Virus record (IMG/VR): IMGVR_UViG_3300032250_000391
Coordinates: 1-64,000 of that record
Reading direction: 5' to 3' (one strand)
Length of the DNA stretch: 64,000 nt
Source of the DNA: a virus
Lineage: Duplodnaviria; Caudoviricetes
This document shows, in pieces, positions 51,374 through 60,455 of this stretch. The position numbers were made by a program, and so were the translations under genes. Under the pieces are notes generated by a model. It made no database searches and was not told the DNA's origin. It saw nothing but the letters and a program-made list of their open reading frames with translations. Each line of letters opens with the position of its first letter. Position 1 is the stretch's first letter.

Positions 51374-52885
51374 TTGACTAAAAATATAACAATTGCTAAT
51401 AACGCCGTTACAGCGAAAGTCATGGACAACGACAAAGAGGCAAAATTTCTGGTTTCGTCCGCGCTTTCTTACAAAGTTTCTGGCTCAGAACACATGGATA
51501 TGTTTAAAACAGGCTCATGGGACGGTCGCTCTTCCTTTTTTGATTGGAAAACTGCCACATTTCCAGCAGGCTTTGTGTCGCTCGTTCATGCCGCACTTCA
51601 AAAAGGCGGTTACACGGTTAATCGAGTTAGAAATCCTTTGCCTGCTCCGCTTGGAAAAGAAGAGTTCTGGGAAATTGATGACTTCGGTCTAGACCCGATG
51701 TATGACTACCAGCCAGAAGTGGTTAATAAACTTCTAAAGTACGGTCAAATGATTGCACAGGTAGCAACGGGAGGCGGAAAATCACGAATTGCACGTCTTG
51801 CTTACGCCCGCATTAGACGCCCTACGCTTTTTATCACCACTCGCGGTGTTTTAATGTATCAAATGAAAGAAGCCGTCGAGGGTTACGGTTTTAAATGCGG
51901 AGTTATTGGTGACGGTACGCTTAGTGTAAGCCCTGAGTTTAATGTGGCGATGGTTCAAACAATCATTGCTCACATTAAAGCGCCTGATAGTTATGACTCC
52001 GTAGAAAAGCAAGCCGCTCAGGCAAAGCGCAGTGCTCGTATGATTAATTTCTTAGAGAAAATTGAGTTTATCATTCTAGAAGAAGCTCACGAGTCTAGCG
52101 GTAATAGTTACTACGACATCTTGCGCTATTGCAAGAACGCAAACTACCGTTTAGCACTTACAGCAACGCCATTTATGAAAGACGACGAAGAAGCAAACAT
52201 GCGTCTTATGGGTTGCTCAGGACCAATCGGTATTGAAGTTTCTGAAAAGTTACTTATTGACCGTGGCATTTTGGCAAAGCCGTATTTCAAAGTCGTCAAG
52301 CTTACTCAGAAGCCAACTAAGCTGTACAAATCAACTCCCTGGCAAAAAGCCTACACTGTTGGCATAGTTAATAACGAATTTCGCAACGCTCACATTGTAA
52401 AAGAAGTTCAGATAGCCGCAAAAGTAGGTTTAACAACGATGATTCTTGTTCAGCAAACCAAGCACGGCGTAATACTTAACGAGATGCTTAAAGAAAAAGG
52501 CGTCATGTCCGATTACATTCACGGCGAGCACGACCAGTCAGAACGTAAAGAAGCTTTGCGTAAATTAGGCTGCGGAGAACTTTCAGTATTAATTGGAACG
52601 TCGATTCTAGATGTAGGCGTAGATGTTCCAGCCGTAGGCGTTATTATTTTAGCTGGTGGTGGAAAAGCCGAAGTAGCGCTTCGTCAACGTATTGGTCGAG
52701 GACTAAGAAGAAAGAAAAAAGGAAAAAATGTTGCCTTAATAATTGATTTCTACGACGAACATAATAGCCATCTAAAAGACCACGCTAAAAACCGCATTAA
52801 TATTATTAAAAACACGCCGGGCTTTGGCGAAAATATAATGGAACCTAGCTTCTGTTTTTATAGAGATTTACTTTTAAAGAGGTGA
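51374..52885 (+). CDS. Superfamily 2 helicase (UvsW/DEAH-like)
   Basis: Motifs ATGGGKS, EEAH, LTATP and QRIGRGLR. Confidence 0.92.
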   Translation: MTKNITIANNAVTAKVMDNDKEAKFLVSSALSYKVSGSEHMDMFKTGSWDGRSSFFDWKTATFPAGFVSLVHAALQKGGYTVNRVRNPLPAPLGKEEFWEIDDFGLDPMYDYQPEVVNKLLKYGQMIAQVATGGGKSRIARLAYARIRRPTLFITTRGVLMYQMKEAVEGYGFKCGVIGDGTLSVSPEFNVAMVQTIIAHIKAPDSYDSVEKQAAQAKRSARMINFLEKIEFIILEEAHESSGNSYYDILRYCKNANYRLALTATPFMKDDEEANMRLMGCSGPIGIEVSEKLLIDRGILAKPYFKVVKLTQKPTKLYKSTPWQKAYTVGIVNNEFRNAHIVKEVQIAAKVGLTTMILVQQTKHGVILNEMLKEKGVMSDYIHGEHDQSERKEALRKLGCGELSVLIGTSILDVGVDVPAVGVIILAGGGKAEVALRQRIGRGLRRKKKGKNVALIIDFYDEHNSHLKDHAKNRINIIKNTPGFGENIMEPSFCFYRDLLLKR

Positions 52886-52913
52886 TAGAATAGTCACTAG
52901 TAACTTACTTTTA

Positions 52914-53156
52914 TTGGAGACCGTAATGCCATTCTCAGAACAATTTATTCAAAACATGGTAATTGTTATAGTCATAGCAGCCATTGCAATATTAATGACT
53001 CAGCCTTTAGCATTGTTTGGCATTCTTTTGCTAGGTCATCTTCCTCAAATTGAATACGAAGACCAAGAAGACGCCAGTTTAGTAGGCGAGCTTTTGCCAG
53101 GCGAGTATGACGGCGACGCAGTAGGATTCACTGGTAACATAAAAGATACCAAGTAA
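52914..53156 (+). CDS. Small membrane protein
   Basis: Hydrophobic N-terminus and acidic tail. Confidence 0.55.
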   Translation: METVMPFSEQFIQNMVIVIVIAAIAILMTQPLALFGILLLGHLPQIEYEDQEDASLVGELLPGEYDGDAVGFTGNIKDTK

Positions 53157-53239
53157 AAACAAGCAATATAAGTAAATATGAAAGTATAATAAGCGAGTAA
53201 GTATAATTTATTCGCTTTTACTTTTTATAGGCACAACAC

Positions 53240-53542
53240 ATGGAAAAATTCACGCTATCAATGGCGTTCAATACGACTGAACCACTAGAACAGGTCAACG
53301 AAATATCACGTATTCATAATTGCGCACGCACCGACACCGTTATGACGCTTTTAGCGATGTATGACGCAGACGCCTTCAGCAAACAACTCCCCAAGACGAT
53401 AGAGAAAAGAAAGCAAGAGAAGAAAATACTCATAGAGGAATCAAAGCGTAAGCGCAGAGAAACTCAAGAGCTTGCCGCATTGCTAAACAAGAATCCAGAA
53501 CTTCTAGAACGCTTAAGAAAGGAGCTTGCCAATGACGACTAG
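53240..53542 (+). CDS. Hypothetical protein
   Basis: ORF with an upstream TATAAT. Confidence 0.55.
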   Translation: MEKFTLSMAFNTTEPLEQVNEISRIHNCARTDTVMTLLAMYDADAFSKQLPKTIEKRKQEKKILIEESKRKRRETQELAALLNKNPELLERLRKELANDD

Positions 53543-53861
53543 AAGATTTCCAACAACACCAAGAGACTTCGTTCAATGGTGCGTAGATAACGGTCATAGA
53601 AACGTACTAACAGGCAAAGTACCACACGATATTAGAAACATTAAATCCATTGCCAATAGATACGGCTATGTCTGGAAAGATGACTTATTAAATCTGCCCA
53701 CAAATATTCGAAGCACAGCAATGGCTATCGAAGAGATATCAGGCAAAACAAGTGAAGTCCCTGAGAAAACAGAAATCAAACCTACAGAATTAAAAGTAGT
53801 AAAAAAAGAAAAAGAACAACTACCTCCCGCAGTTCGAAGCGAAAATTGGGGAAGCTGGTAA
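53526..53861 (+). CDS. Hypothetical protein
   Basis: Overlaps the previous ORF; RBS present. Confidence 0.55.
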   Translation: MPMTTRRFPTTPRDFVQWCVDNGHRNVLTGKVPHDIRNIKSIANRYGYVWKDDLLNLPTNIRSTAMAIEEISGKTSEVPEKTEIKPTELKVVKKEKEQLPPAVRSENWGSW

Positions 53862-53941
53862 CGGCTTTTTATTTATTCATTATGATAAGTCATTTGTGAT
53901 GTATCTAACTGGCTTACAAATTTTAAGGCGCTTTACATTAA

Positions 53942-54175
53942 ATGAGAAAATCTAGAACTACTATCAGAGGACCAAGAATGACCAAATTAGAAAAAATTGT
54001 GCAGTATCTACACATGCTTCCAAAGCCAGTAAGATACTTCTTTTACTTGCTGTATTCGTTTGCAGCCTTAACGCTTTTCATGGTGGCTCTACCATTCGTC
54101 ATCATCGGTATCTTTAGCGCCTATCTATACTGCTTTGTTGCTGACCAATTTGAATCAATGAATTTCCCAAAGTAA
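53942..54175 (+). CDS. Small membrane protein
   Basis: Long hydrophobic stretch. Confidence 0.5.
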   Translation: MRKSRTTIRGPRMTKLEKIVQYLHMLPKPVRYFFYLLYSFAALTLFMVALPFVIIGIFSAYLYCFVADQFESMNFPK

Positions 54176-54200
54176 CTCTATTGGGCTTTAAGGAATGTAA

Positions 54201-54446
54201 ATGACTAAAGACGAAGCGTTAAAGATGGCTATTGATTATCTTCATGGAAATTACGTCGCTCATAGCGTAAGAAAAGTATCTCAAGGAGCATTAGTAGAAC
54301 CAATCAACGAAAATGGTCACTCTAAAGACGAAGCATTAAAGCTTGCACTGAATTTATTAGAATCAATGAAGACCGGAGCAGAAACATTTAGAGAATCCAG
54401 TCTCTGTACAGTTTGTAGTGCCATAGAAGAAGCATTAGAGCAGTAA
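54201..54446 (+). CDS. Hypothetical protein with internal KDEALKxA duplication
   Basis: RBS AAGGA; repeated motif. Confidence 0.55.
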   Translation: MTKDEALKMAIDYLHGNYVAHSVRKVSQGALVEPINENGHSKDEALKLALNLLESMKTGAETFRESSLCTVCSAIEEALEQ

Positions 54447-54663
54447 CATAGTTCTACATATAAGCGTTTATTGCATGTATCACTTTTTTTGGATTTAATT
54501 GCGTATATAGAATGTATATACCTACTCATGTGTGCATTGGTCACCTATATAAGCGTTTATTACCGCTAGGTTTCTGTGGCTGTATAAGGGTCACTTTATT
54601 TAGCTAGGAAATTAGGCGCCTACCCCACCCTGTGCGGTCGCCCCTCCCTAAGAGTGACCGCTT

Positions 54664-54696
54664 GCTAAACAGTATAAACTATTTATACTGTTTAGC
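54664..54696. terminator. 15-bp perfect hairpin ending the 193-aa gene
   Basis: GCTAAACAGTATAAA-CTA-TTTATACTGTTTAGC. Confidence 0.7.
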
Positions 54697-54711
54697 GATA
54701 CTGCTTAAAAT

Positions 54712-55293
54712 TTAAGCAAAATGCACAATTTTAGCAAGACGGTCGCGCGTCGCGATATCTTTAAAAGCTTGTAATTTTGCTTTGTTGTCATAAGTGATTA
54801 AGTTAGCGTATTGTAGCATTTTGCGAGTGCTAGACGCTTGAGTGCTAGACGTCGAAGTCGCGATATGTAATTGATTTTTACGCAAGCTTAAGTCGCTATC
54901 ATTAAGCGCAATAGCTTTGCTCATACCTTTTTGTATTTGCTCATTAGTCGCGCTATCTTTAAGCAATAACATCGATGTGATGTAATTGCGCGTATATCTA
55001 TCAAGTGAGTCGATATTTTGAGATAACGTTTTTAAAAGCTTGAAATACTTGATAATTGCTTTTTGAGCAAAATAGTTTGTATTATTGTCATCTGTGATTG
55101 CGATGATTGACGCGATTGAATTAAAATCAATTTTTTCGTTATGCATAACAGTCGCAAGATGCACTGTAAATAATGATTGAGCTTGTTTTAATTCTTTAGT
55201 CATATTATCGTTTTTAGATTGTGCGATGCGTGAATCTAAAGAGTTATTGATAGCGTTGAAAATTGAGTTAATAGCTGATTGTGTTTTAGTCAT
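54712..55293 (-). CDS. 193-aa GG/CC-depleted gene (no Pro, no Trp, one Gly); candidate immediate-early regulator
   Basis: Has its own sigma70 promoter (TTTACA-16-TATAGT, 55349-55376), RBS AAGGTAG and terminator. Confidence 0.8.
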   Translation of the reverse strand: MTKTQSAINSIFNAINNSLDSRIAQSKNDNMTKELKQAQSLFTVHLATVMHNEKIDFNSIASIIAITDDNNTNYFAQKAIIKYFKLLKTLSQNIDSLDRYTRNYITSMLLLKDSATNEQIQKGMSKAIALNDSDLSLRKNQLHIATSTSSTQASSTRKMLQYANLITYDNKAKLQAFKDIATRDRLAKIVHFA

Positions 55294-55451
55294 TTTAAAT
55301 CTACCTTGTAATTAATTAATAAAAGTGTTGTTGTGTACAACAGTTATAACTATACGCTCATTTAAAAAAATGTAAATACTTTTAAGCATAAAAACACTAA
55401 AAAAAATAAAAATAAATTGCTTGACATGGTTTAAATTCTATGCGGCAAAAT

Positions 55452-55774
55452 ACGCTTAGGCAGTGCGGATGAGGAGTGTCCGCGTTTAGGCGTTGGATGA
55501 GGACGATTCGCGTTTAGGCACTCAAATGAGAATCGTCCGCATCGGCGGTAGGCATCAGCTGCCTACAAAAGCCTAGGCGGCTTTCAAGGACGCTACCCGT
55601 ACCTATAGGTCACCAGCTACCCTCACCTGTAGGTCACCAGCTGCCCATACATCCTTGGCAGTAGGAATAGATTGCTACCCATACGTCATTACACACCCAT
55701 ACACCAAGGACTGGCTGGCTACCCGCACCTATGCCCATCTATCCATAAAACAGGCATCACATAGCTACCCGTAC
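55452..55774. repeat. Repeat array: three ~29-bp TTAGGC..(G/A)ATGAG units, then GCTACCCRTAC-type repeats
   Basis: TTAGG at 55456, 55486 and 55514; GCTACCC-like copies at 55592, 55616, 55640, 55674, 55718 and 55764. Confidence 0.75.
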
Positions 55775-55883
55775 ACTCTACGGCTGGTTTTAGTGAGTAA
55801 GTGATACAAAGACCTAGGAAAAGTAAATGAACGCGTTCTAGGGCTATTACTGCAAGCCCTAGAGTATTAAATAACAGCCCTAC

Positions 55884-56129
55884 TTAAGCGAAGTGTAAGT
55901 CTGCGTAAGACCAATCGTCATAGCGTTGGCGATGTACTTTCTTGCTATTGAGGAATTTATCTGTATCGCATGCCCAATCATAGTCGTCCTCTTCAACATC
56001 AAGAATTGGCACTGCTTTAGCAATTTTAGGTTCTACTGCAAGAAAATCTACGTAGATAACGCTAGGCGGCTCTGCTAGATACTCCACTTCAACACCGTAG
56101 TTATTGGACTCGTTTAACTCTTGATTCAT
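55884..56129 (-). CDS. Acidic hypothetical protein
   Basis: RBS AGGAG and a GCC-class promoter upstream. Confidence 0.6.
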   Translation of the reverse strand: MNQELNESNNYGVEVEYLAEPPSVIYVDFLAVEPKIAKAVPILDVEEDDYDWACDTDKFLNSKKVHRQRYDDWSYADLHFA

Positions 56130-56361
56130 GATACTGCTCCTAGTAAGTGATTAAATATGTAGTGATTTGCTACAACTTCATTGTAAGCACTCAGTTTAGG
56201 CGCGTGGATGGCACTACTTAGGCAGAGTAAAAGCGATAGATAAAGGCTTAGGCGTTTAAGAATTGCGGATTGATTCCATGGCCTGCGGATGACATTAGAT
56301 AGCCTTGGCCGAGAGCCTGTGGCCTAAAAGGGAGAACCCTTTGGCCTGATACTGAAATAGC

Positions 56362-56970
56362 CTAGTTACTAATGCAGGCTCTAGTGATGATTGCCGTGCC
56401 TAGAATTACCATCATGAGCCAAAGCCAGCCTACGCCATTCTCTAGCAACTGTGAAACGCCAATGGTTAGAATAATGCCGCCTAGAACGGTTAAGGAATTG
56501 TTGTAGTTCATAGTATTACTCCTAAATAAACACCCAAGAAAATTGTTAAGTAAACGCCAATCATTAGTAAGGCGGCGCCATCGGTAAAATATCTGTTTCT
56601 CATTTTTCCTCCTAAGTCAGTAGTGACTTATCAATTAAAATAAAACTTTGGACATCACACGCTCATGAAATTTTCTTTCCCTACGTGTTCTGATTGCATG
56701 CTCAATAAGAGAGGCAATGCCAAGAAATCCGCATAAGCCTGTAATAAATACTAAAATTAAAATTAAGTTTTCCATCTTGTTTCTCCTTTTGTTTGTTTAA
56801 CCACAATTTCATTATATAGAGCGATGTCAGGCACGAGAACAGGCAGTTTAATTAAAAAGCAAGTAGCCTACGAAGTACAAAACAATCAAGGTAGGCAAAG
56901 ATACGACGATAACGTTAATTAGGGTGAAAATGGCGGTAAATAAATTGCCAACTTTGTCAAAAATATTCAA
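56362..56970 (-). CDS. Four tiny membrane-peptide ORFs: 56362-56511 (49 aa), 56508-56603 (31 aa), 56635-56775 (46 aa), 56848-56970 (40 aa, TTG start)
   Basis: Manual translation; each has a GGAG-type RBS and 1-2 hydrophobic segments. Confidence 0.65.
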
Positions 56971-57230
56971 TACATACTCCTATAGTCGTTTAACTGATGC
57001 TTCATTATATCGACAAAATTCAGGGAATTATCTTGGCAAAAAACACTGCCAAATGCCTAGGCAACTTTTAAGGCATTTTCATTCTTACTTTCCTATAGGC
57101 AACACCTTCAATTCCTAAGCCTGGCTTCATTCTTAAAAAACGCCTAATCTCTCACATAGGAGCTACCCATACAATTTTGTCACCACTCAGCCTAATATTT
57201 ATTTCATGGAAGCTAGCCGTACATCATTGA

Positions 57231-57398
57231 CTAGCCATACACGTCCATCTCCGTCTCCTCTTCCTCTTCAATTTCCTCAAGATAGTCAGGCTTATACTTG
57301 TCTTTGCGAATGTAAGTCTCCTTAAGCCGTAAGTCTTCCTCTACTCGCATACGGTATTTAGGCGTTCTTAAATCTTTGTGTATAAGTGACTGCTTCAT
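57231..57398 (-). CDS. ArfA-like 55-aa protein (not in ORF track)
   Basis: MKQSLIHKDLRTPKYRMRVEEDLRLKETYIRKDKYKPDYLEEIEEEEETEMDVYG; ungapped match to the ArfA core. Confidence 0.55.
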   Translation of the reverse strand: MKQSLIHKDLRTPKYRMRVEEDLRLKETYIRKDKYKPDYLEEIEEEEETEMDVYG

Positions 57399-57767
57399 GT
57401 GTTTAGTATAGAAAAGAAAGTTAGGGCAAGCTACAGGCGGAATAATGGCTAATGAATATATTGAGTTAATTGTTTTTAAACAAATAGAGGCTTCTGGGAG
57501 AGGAAACCTAAAACTGAAAGATAAGCCCCCCCAAACCCCCCATGCCTATAGACACGTTGACCGAAGGGTTCAAGGTATGCCATCTAGCGTTCTATTAGTA
57601 TCAATCCAAAAGCCTAGGCTTCTGTACAAGTCAAACCAACAAAACTGAAAGACAAGCCCCCAGAAAGAAAGAGAAAACTCCCTAGGCATTACATTTGGCT
57701 CTAATCAGGGCTTACACGTTGCCTGTGGCTCAATGGTTTAATGCTTCGGAAACCAAATCATGTTATT

Positions 57768-57796
57768 AGTATAAATATGGACTTTAGGTAAGTCAA
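57768..57796 (-). promoter_or_regulatory. Consensus sigma70 promoter overlapped by an operator
   Basis: TTGACT-17-TATACT; operator at 57789-57806. Confidence 0.75.
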
Positions 57797-57999
57797 TAGT
57801 GACTTATCAATTACCTAAAAATAGTTCACAACTGGTGCCATGGCAATGGCCTGCGATTACTGTCGCAGCCTAAGCCTGGTGGCCTGGCATTGGAATCTGA
57901 AACTGGCTGTAGGTGGCCTGTAGTGTGTAAGTGAAAATCTAATTAGCCTAACGATTGAAGAGAGGTTCACTCCTCACCCCCAATCACTTACATATCTGC

Positions 58000-58383
58000 C
58001 TAACCTTCTTCCTCTGTCCACTCTTTATATCTTAAGGCATCTATCTTGTTCACCATCCACATCAGTTCTTCTCTGAGGCTTTCAAACCGTTCTTTATTTT
58101 CCATGTCAATTATTGGTCTTTCATTACTGCCTGGAAACTTATAAAGCTCAATCATATCTAGGAGAATATTCTTTAAAGTAAACTTTGCGCCTACAATAAC
58201 TTGTTTGTATTCCTCATTATCAAAATGGCTGATGGCTTCTAACACTTCGTCCTCAGCCCATAGGCTTGAAATTGTGTAGCTAAATATGTTTTTGCCATCT
58301 ACAAAGTCCCTTTCTATCAGAACTCCTTCATCCTCAATGTAACGATAGGTGCCATTTTTAATTGTCTTTTTTCCACTTGCCAT
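58000..58383 (-). CDS. Early hypothetical protein
   Basis: ORF with RBS. Confidence 0.65.
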   Translation of the reverse strand: MASGKKTIKNGTYRYIEDEGVLIERDFVDGKNIFSYTISSLWAEDEVLEAISHFDNEEYKQVIVGAKFTLKNILLDMIELYKFPGSNERPIIDMENKERFESLREELMWMVNKIDALRYKEWTEEEG

Positions 58384-58433
58384 TTATTGCCCTCTTTAGC
58401 CTACGGTTTATTTATTGCCGTTGTTCTTTACTT

Positions 58434-58628
58434 TTAGTTTAGCCTTACGCCTTTTATTAAACTCAGCTCGTCATTCCTGTACTCAAGACGGCTTTCAGGA
58501 TATTCCCATTCCGAGTCCAAATCATCAATGACGATATTCCTACCGTGATTATAGACTTCAACTACTTTGCCTTTGATGTTTTGGTCTATTACTTCGACGA
58601 TATCGCCTAAGCTGAAAATATTGCTCAT
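58434..58628 (-). CDS. Small SH3/KOW-like hypothetical protein
   Basis: FSLGDIVEV..GKVVEV; RBS and GCC-class promoter. Confidence 0.55.
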   Translation of the reverse strand: MSNIFSLGDIVEVIDQNIKGKVVEVYNHGRNIVIDDLDSEWEYPESRLEYRNDELSLIKGVRLN

Positions 58629-58702
58629 GCCATCTCCTTAATTAGTTTTGTTTCGATAGTTTATTATCACAGTTAATTTCAGGCGAGAGAACCGGCACTT
58701 AA

Positions 58703-59029
58703 CTACTGCCTAGCTACCGTTTCAAAGGCTTTATTGATGTCTTTTAAATTATCGTAAGTCCAAGCATCAATAAAATCTACGCCTTCGGGCAGTTCATTAT
58801 AGGAAAAGTCCTCATCCGAAACGCAAATGCGCTCACAGGCGACGCCTTCGACATAATTGTTATACTCGTCCATTGAGCGAAAGACGTTGTAATAGCCATG
58901 CTTGTCCAAATAGACAAAGGCTATGGAATCCTTGTCCTCTACTGCCCTAGCAATTAAGAATTGTCCTACGCCGCAGTCCTCGCAATAAAGCCACTCGACT
59001 TTATCGTCAAAGTCCTTGTATGTGTTCAT
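58703..59029 (-). CDS. Early hypothetical protein
   Basis: Translationally coupled ORF. Confidence 0.6.
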   Translation of the reverse strand: MNTYKDFDDKVEWLYCEDCGVGQFLIARAVEDKDSIAFVYLDKHGYYNVFRSMDEYNNYVEGVACERICVSDEDFSYNELPEGVDFIDAWTYDNLKDINKAFETVARQ

Positions 59030-59352
59030 GCTATCTCCTTTGGAATATCAACTTCGTGTCCTAACTTATTTGCGACGTAGCACCGCATGGCGGCTATTAG
59101 TGGACTTGAGCCACAGAAAAAATCAGGCGTGTTTATGCTATTTCCAAAGGCAGCACACCATTCTTGACCTTTCCATATCTGCATGCCTTCATGCTCAATA
59201 ATTGGACCGCCTTGTGCCCAATCTTCTGTAGGCACATAGTAATCTCCGTTTTCTAAAATAATTACTTGGTCTATTTCTACATTTAGGCTTTGACACTTTG
59301 CCACAGCCCAATCAAGCGCCATGCCTGTTAGTTCTGATGTTTCAATTTTCAT
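59026..59352 (-). CDS. DUF2591/NinX-like protein
   Basis: ELTG.ALDWAVA, P.EDWAQGGPIIE and PLIAAMRC.VA motifs. Confidence 0.8.
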   Translation of the reverse strand: MKIETSELTGMALDWAVAKCQSLNVEIDQVIILENGDYYVPTEDWAQGGPIIEHEGMQIWKGQEWCAAFGNSINTPDFFCGSSPLIAAMRCYVANKLGHEVDIPKEIA

Positions 59353-59353
59353 T

Positions 59354-59683
59354 TTACTTCTCCTTTAGATAATCTTGCATTGCCTCAAAATAATTGTTCG
59401 CATCTTGCTCTAGGCTAAAAGTTAGCTTGTAGTCCAAAGCCTCGTACTGCACTTCACCGCTTGGCATTTCCTCATACTGAATTGCGATGTCTTGGCTGCT
59501 TTCCCAATACGGTGTGGCATAAACCACTTCCATGAACTCCTCTTCTGGCATTGGTCTGCACCAAAAGATTGAGCCTGTGTGTTCTTCGCTATCAATAGTC
59601 CAACCATGTAGCGATTTTCTTTGCCTTAGTAACTCTTTGAGTAGGCTATCTATGTATACTTCCAAGTCCTCTTGTGTGTTCAT
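59354..59683 (-). CDS. Acidic early hypothetical protein
   Basis: RBS and GCC-class promoter. Confidence 0.65.
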   Translation of the reverse strand: MNTQEDLEVYIDSLLKELLRQRKSLHGWTIDSEEHTGSIFWCRPMPEEEFMEVVYATPYWESSQDIAIQYEEMPSGEVQYEALDYKLTFSLEQDANNYFEAMQDYLKEK

Positions 59684-60138
59684 TTTCTCTCCTTTACTTG
59701 ATGCTTTTATTATCTCAAACAGACTTAGGGCGGTACACAGGCACTTGCTAGTTGCCTGACTTGATTTAAAGCGTTTTAAGCGTTTATTTTTTTAGCGTAT
59801 ACCGTCATATAGACTAACTTAGGTGGACGAGCTGTAGCGTTAGGTAGAGCGGTTCCTAGAGCATACTTATCGCTTGATGCATACGCAAAAAAGTGCTTGC
59901 CCTAAGTTGTATAATGCCTATGAAACGCAAACACAATTTAGGCTTCGCAAGTCATTGATTTTATTGGACAAATAAAAAGGTAGGCAAAAAAATGCCTGAA
60001 TAGACTCGGAGATGGCTAATTCAGGCTTATTTCGGGATTAAGGACTATAGCGTTTTACTGCTATATCTCATTATATACAGGGTTTTATTTATATTGCTAG
60101 GCAATGTGAATTTACGCTCCTAGGCAATGTATAGACGG

Positions 60139-60165
60139 AAAAAAGGCGGGGTCACAAGTCCCGCC
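60139..60165 (-). terminator. Intrinsic terminator
   Basis: GGCGGG..CCCGCC stem followed by T6 on the minus strand. Confidence 0.75.
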
Positions 60166-60265
60166 CTACTGCTTTTCCAACGGTAATCACTCCGTTATTT
60201 ACTTACAAGGTGGCAATTATACGATACCGCCAAAACGTTTTATTATTGTATTCCAAAAAGTGTTT

Positions 60266-60445
60266 TTATTGCAAGCCACATGCCTCTAAAAATGTGCTTG
60301 TTTGGAATGCGTAGTTGTCCTGTCTAAGTGCATACGCCACCTGCAAGACTGCATTTTTGTAGGCTTCGAGTTGTTGCTCGTTTGTCGGTCTTGCCTGCTT
60401 AACTTTTTCGGCTATTGCAATGTAGGTTTTTCTTGAAGCTGCCAT
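60266..60445 (-). CDS. Small conserved phage protein (start MAASRK)
   Basis: SRKTYIAIA...DN.AF...FLEACG; RBS AAGGAG. Confidence 0.65.
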   Translation of the reverse strand: MAASRKTYIAIAEKVKQARPTNEQQLEAYKNAVLQVAYALRQDNYAFQTSTFLEACGLQ

Positions 60446-60455
60446 AGTATTCTCC

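Noticed and set aside
55452-55774. CRISPR array
   Set aside because: Repeats are degenerate and short or abutting, with no uniform spacers and no cas genes in the window.
56924-57648. Plus-strand ORFs 56924-57118 and 57445-57648
   Set aside because: They lie against the local transcription direction, overlap promoter and repeat elements, and lack an RBS.
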